A stretch of DNA of 32,000 nt from Candidatus Baldrarchaeum yapensis (GTDB lineage Archaea > Asgardarchaeota > Baldrarchaeia > Baldrarchaeales > Baldrarchaeaceae): positions 88,763 through 120,762 of the forward strand of contig JAEOSH010000001.1 of NCBI GenBank assembly GCA_016840465.1, read 5' to 3'. Of this stretch, positions 27,935 through 32,000 are shown piece after piece. The notes below the pieces were generated by a model that did not search any database, was not told the origin of the DNA, and was given only the letters and a program-made list of their open reading frames with translations. Positions within the stretch are counted from its first letter, which is position 1, and each line of letters starts with the position of its first letter. Position numbers and translations under genes: made by a program.

Positions 27935-28357
27935 TCATTCAATTTTTATTTTAACTCTTTTGACCTTCTTTGGAAGCCTTATTTCTAGTATTCCTTGACG
28001 GAAACTTGTTTTCGCCCTTTCTATGTCCACTGATACTGGCAGTTTTATTGCCTTTCTGAAGCCTTTAAAGGAAATTTCTCCACCCGCCGCCAACCATCCC
28101 TCAAACTTTATCTCCTTGCGAAGGGTCGCCTCTATTATTATATGCTCCTCGTCGCCGTGTATGCTTATAGACTCCTTGTTCACCCCAGGAAGATCTGCTG
28201 TTATGATAATTTCATTTTCAGTTTCCTTAACCTCAGTGAGAGGTTCTAAGCAACATCTTTCGGCATCATACATTGGTTCTTCTTCAAAACTCTCCATACC
28301 CTCCAGCATGCTCTCTATAATGTCGAAAAGTGATCGTAACCTTCGTCTCCGCTCCAT
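27935..28357 (-). CDS. Small heat shock protein (Hsp20)
   Basis: EPLTEV, ADLPGVNKE, FRQGILEIRLPK. Confidence 0.92.
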   Translation of the reverse strand: MERRRRLRSLFDIIESMLEGMESFEEEPMYDAERCCLEPLTEVKETENEIIITADLPGVNKESISIHGDEEHIIIEATLRKEIKFEGWLAAGGEISFKGFRKAIKLPVSVDIERAKTSFRQGILEIRLPKKVKRVKIKIE

Positions 28358-28369
28358 ATATCATCCCCC

Positions 28370-29128
28370 CTAGATGTACATCATAGGCGGAATTCCGTGT
28401 TCTTGCATTTTACCCATACGTTGCATTGTTTGTGTAGTTCTACGCATTAGATCTCGCAACCTGATCCTTAAATCTTCTGCTTTTTCCAATAGTGGCTTTA
28501 CATCAAGTTCAACATTTAGTACCTTCGCAACTATCTGCAGTATAGATGCCGCAGCACCCGGATCGGGGTACTGCATGTATGCCTCGGCGGATAATAAAAG
28601 GGCATCTTGTTCTTGCTCACAACACTCTAGGAGTATAGAGGCATATGGTCCGACCATTATTCCCTCTCGCAATCTCTCAATCCCGAGAGACTCTGTTATC
28701 TCTTCCGCCCTTACTCCCTGGGGTATTGCATAAACTTTAGGACTCTCTATATCTATCCTATTTGGCACGGGGAGTCCTCCGAGCATCACGATTATTTCCG
28801 TACCCTTATCCTTTGACCAATTGACTATCTTTCGCGCCATTTGCGGGATCACTGCAGGGGGTATTGGAATTTCAGATATTATCAGTAGGATATCCTCGTA
28901 GTTGTATATTCGCATTGGAGCCTTCACTTTACCCTTATGCAGGATCACAAGCGGGGGGAAGTAGTGTGACTTTAGATATCCGACCTCCTTCATTGACAGT
29001 GTTTCTATCAAGTGTATTGCCGATATTATGCCGACCAATCCTACTTCGGGCAATCCTATTAGCACTTTTGGATTTTTCACAGAAATCTCTTCAATTTCTC
29101 TAATAATTACTTCCTCCTCGACGCTCAT
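28370..29128 (-). CDS. PAC2-family proteasome assembly chaperone
   Basis: GLPEVGLVG, PMRIY, YPDPGAA, LDVKPLLEKAE. Confidence 0.9.
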   Translation of the reverse strand: MSVEEEVIIREIEEISVKNPKVLIGLPEVGLVGIISAIHLIETLSMKEVGYLKSHYFPPLVILHKGKVKAPMRIYNYEDILLIISEIPIPPAVIPQMARKIVNWSKDKGTEIIVMLGGLPVPNRIDIESPKVYAIPQGVRAEEITESLGIERLREGIMVGPYASILLECCEQEQDALLLSAEAYMQYPDPGAAASILQIVAKVLNVELDVKPLLEKAEDLRIRLRDLMRRTTQTMQRMGKMQEHGIPPMMYI

Positions 29129-29251
29129 ACTAGACCCTCAGATTTTAGGTATTCGAAGAGATCTTTTAATTAACTTTTTGAAGCACATTAGTAACTGTTA
29201 TAGAACTCTTTTGAAATTAGGTTAGAGAAAGAGTGTGAAGGAGGAGCACAA

Positions 29252-30583
29252 GTGGTACTTGAGAAACTGGGTTACGCTCTTAGTAATGCGGTGGGGAAGC
29301 TTTTGGGGCGTCCACTGGCGGATGAACGTGCAATTAAGGAGTTCATTAGAGATATACAAAGAGCGTTGCTTCAGGCGGATGTTAAGGTTGAGCAGGTTTT
29401 AGAAGTTTCTAAGAGAATTGAGAAGCGCGCATTTTCTGAGAAATTACCCCCGGGTTTTTCAAGACGAGAACATTTGATAAAGATCGCATATGAGGAGCTT
29501 ACACAATTAATGGGAAAGAAATCCTACAGGTTGAGAATAAAACCAAATAAAACGAACGTAATAATGTTAGTTGGCATTCAGGGCTCAGGAAAAACCACTT
29601 CTGCAGCAAAACTTGCTCGATATTTTCAGAAGAAGGGGTACAAAGTTGGACTTGTGTGTGCTGATACATATCGCTTAGGAGCATATGAACAGTTGTTGCA
29701 ACTTGGTAAACAAATAGGAGTCAATGTCTATGGAGATCCTTCTGCAAAGGATCCTGTGGATCTAGCTTTAAAAGGCATAGAGAAATTCAGGAAGGAGGGT
29801 TATGATGTAGTAATCGTAGATACCGCGGGTAGGCATAAAGATGAGGAATCTTTGATGAGGGAGATGAAGGAACTCGCAAGTAAAATAAAGCCCGATGAAG
29901 TCATACTCGTCATTGACGCCACTATAGGGCAACAAGCCGAGAAACAAGCCAAAGCGTTTCATGAGAGTACTCCGATAGGATCCATTTTCGTAACAAAATT
30001 AGATGGATCAGCAAAGGGTGGGGGAGCCTTGTCGGCCGCAGCAGCAACAGGAGCACCTATAAGCTTCATAGGAGTGGGAGAGAAGGTTGATGATATTGAA
30101 GAGTTCGATCCTCCAAGTTTTATAGGGAGGCTCATGGGATTTGGAGATATAAAGGGATTAATAGGGAAAGCGAGAGAAGTAATGGCCCCAAGCGAGGCAA
30201 AAGAAAAAATACATGCATTAGCCACTGGTAAGTTTACATTAAAAGATATGCTTGACGCTTTAGAGTCATTTAAGAAGTTAGGTCCTTTTTCGAGAATATT
30301 GGAATACTTAGGGCTAAGATACAAGATTCCTGATGAATTAAAGGAGGTTGCTATGGAGAAAATAAAGAAATGGAAAGTAATTTTGCAGTCTATGACTAAG
30401 GAAGAACTTGAAAACCCGAAAATAATCAAAGGTTCGAGAATAACGAGAATCGCTCGAGGATCTGGGACATCCGTTTCTGATGTTAAAGAGTTGCTTAACC
30501 AGTACTTCTTATTCAAAAAGATGTACAGGAAACTCCTACGTGCGAGAAGATTAGGGCGGATAACCCCAGATGTTGCATCGTAG
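29252..30583 (+). CDS. srp54: Signal recognition particle protein SRP54
   Basis: GIQGSGKTT, DTAGRH, TKLDGSAKGGG, SRITRIARGSG. Confidence 0.98.
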   Translation: MVLEKLGYALSNAVGKLLGRPLADERAIKEFIRDIQRALLQADVKVEQVLEVSKRIEKRAFSEKLPPGFSRREHLIKIAYEELTQLMGKKSYRLRIKPNKTNVIMLVGIQGSGKTTSAAKLARYFQKKGYKVGLVCADTYRLGAYEQLLQLGKQIGVNVYGDPSAKDPVDLALKGIEKFRKEGYDVVIVDTAGRHKDEESLMREMKELASKIKPDEVILVIDATIGQQAEKQAKAFHESTPIGSIFVTKLDGSAKGGGALSAAAATGAPISFIGVGEKVDDIEEFDPPSFIGRLMGFGDIKGLIGKAREVMAPSEAKEKIHALATGKFTLKDMLDALESFKKLGPFSRILEYLGLRYKIPDELKEVAMEKIKKWKVILQSMTKEELENPKIIKGSRITRIARGSGTSVSDVKELLNQYFLFKKMYRKLLRARRLGRITPDVAS

Positions 30584-30595
30584 GTGTGATTGTGA

Positions 30596-31927
30596 ATGAA
30601 TGTAGACTCCAGCATCGTAGTGAAATCCGATATCCTAGAAAAAGCACTAGATCTTCTGAGGAACTATGTTCTATGTGATAATTGTTTAGGCAGACAATTT
30701 GCATATCTTGGAACTGGAACTGATAATAGGCAACGAGGTGCAGCAATAAAGCTAATTTTAACAATGGAAGCTCATAAGATGTTAGAAGATGGAGATGTTG
30801 ATCGTGCCAAAGAAATTTTGATGACATTAGCTATTAATGGAAAATGTGATGCCGCAAGAGGAGTTCTTTCACAAAAATTTCCCGATTGCGCTGTTGAAAA
30901 TCTAAAATGTGAAATTTGCGGCGATTTTTTTGAAAATATTGAGAATGTCGTTAATAGGGTTTTAGAAATTTGTAGGAACCTCGACTTTGAGACCTTTGTT
31001 GTCGGATCATCCGTTCACTCATCGATATTAAACCGTGAGGACGAATTGCGCTCAAAACACGATATTTTATTCGGGGAATCGATAAAAAGAGAAATAAACA
31101 GGGAGATTGGAAAAAGAATTCATAAGAAGTTGAATAAAAAGTTCGAGAGCAAAGCCCCGGATGTTGTTATATTAATAAACTTAAAGCAGGATTTTTCTGT
31201 CGAGATAGACGTGAGAACAAACCCTCTTTATATTTTTGGAAGGTACAGGAAGAATTTACGTGGTATTCCTCAATTTCCGGTCCCTCATAGTGGACAATAT
31301 TCGGTTAAAGATCTTATAGTTACGCCAGTACTGGAGATTACAGGCGGGTCTGATGCGATATTTCATCCTATAGGGTTGGAAGGGAGAAATGTGAAGGTAT
31401 TGGGAAGTGGTAGGCCCTTCATTGTTGAGGTAAAGAATCCCAAAATTAGGAAAATAGACCTCACAAGGCTTGAAAAAATAATAAACGATCGATCCAATGG
31501 CGCGATAGAGGTTTTTAATTTGAGGTTTTCGAGCAAGGAAGAGCTAAGAAGATTAAAAGCGAAATCGAGGGTTTTTGTGAACAAGTATCGCGTATTAGTG
31601 AGAGCGCAAGATTGTGTAGGCGAAGAACAATTAAAGACATTGGAGGAATTTTTCCGTGAAATTGTCATACAACAGAGGACCCCTACGCGGTTTTTAGGAA
31701 AATCGAAGGATAAAACAAAGAAGAAAGTTGTATATTCCGTAAAAGCAAATAAAATAACGAATGATACCTTTGAATTGTTAATTACATGCCAAGCGGGCCT
31801 GTTTGTGAGAGAATTTGTCGAGGGAGATTACGGGAGAACTTCACCAAGCATCTCTGAGTTGTTAGGAGTAGGATGTGAATGTTTAGAGGTGGATATACTG
31901 GGAGTAGAGTTCGAACCACATAGTTGA
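30596..31927 (+). CDS. pus10: Pus10-family protein with degenerate active site
   Basis: LCDNCLGRQF, THUMP region, GRYRK..RGIPQ, GRPFIVE, QRTP, GRTSPS all present; catalytic GREDxD motif reads GLEGRN. Confidence 0.85.
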   Translation: MNVDSSIVVKSDILEKALDLLRNYVLCDNCLGRQFAYLGTGTDNRQRGAAIKLILTMEAHKMLEDGDVDRAKEILMTLAINGKCDAARGVLSQKFPDCAVENLKCEICGDFFENIENVVNRVLEICRNLDFETFVVGSSVHSSILNREDELRSKHDILFGESIKREINREIGKRIHKKLNKKFESKAPDVVILINLKQDFSVEIDVRTNPLYIFGRYRKNLRGIPQFPVPHSGQYSVKDLIVTPVLEITGGSDAIFHPIGLEGRNVKVLGSGRPFIVEVKNPKIRKIDLTRLEKIINDRSNGAIEVFNLRFSSKEELRRLKAKSRVFVNKYRVLVRAQDCVGEEQLKTLEEFFREIVIQQRTPTRFLGKSKDKTKKKVVYSVKANKITNDTFELLITCQAGLFVREFVEGDYGRTSPSISELLGVGCECLEVDILGVEFEPHS

Positions 31928-32000
31928 TTGTCCATAGATTCGCATATAAGCTTGAGTGGTTGCCCGTGCGTTATCTTTTGGAAACTAAGGGTATTTTGGG
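31924..32000 (+). CDS. Possible 5' end of a downstream gene (truncated by window edge)
   Basis: TTG overlaps the pus10 TGA (TTGA) and the frame stays open to the window end (MIVHRFAYKLEWLPVRY..). Confidence 0.3.
   Translation, partial: MIVHRFAYKLEWLPVRYLLETKGIL

Noticed and set aside
25546-31927. srp54-pus10 separated from rpl21e-rpo4-DUF655-rsmA by a possible ~6 kb inversion
   Set aside because: These blocks vary in linkage across archaea; no breakpoint repeats seen; cannot be supported without comparison genomes.

Overview
Archaeal chromosomal housekeeping region, most likely TACK/Thermoproteota (PolB3 with PIP box, Elf1, DUF1512, crenarchaeal-type 5S helix II, tRNA introns at non-canonical sites). 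It holds about 40 CDS (polB3, pelota, por operon, dnaG, rpo4, rpl21e, eIF5A, srp54 and others), three tRNAs and several ncRNAs missed by the ORF track. No CRISPR array or mobile element was seen. Two findings stand out, both centred on bulge-helix-bulge (BHB) splicing. (1) A circularly permuted 5S rRNA gene at 8886-9014: the 3' half precedes the 5' half inside a perfect BHB plus a 12-bp stem, and canonical cleavage/ligation rebuilds the normal 5S sequence to the nucleotide. (2) A 28-nt BHB intron in the protein-coding gene porC (17877-17904, minus strand), whose removal restores the frame and the conserved N-T-x-M-L-G-A motif. Also present: a two-hairpin H/ACA guide RNA, a C/D guide RNA predicted to methylate C34 of pre-tRNA-Met, and a Pus10 homologue lacking its catalytic Asp. 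All calls come from manual reading of the sequence and recalled family motifs; no database searches were run.
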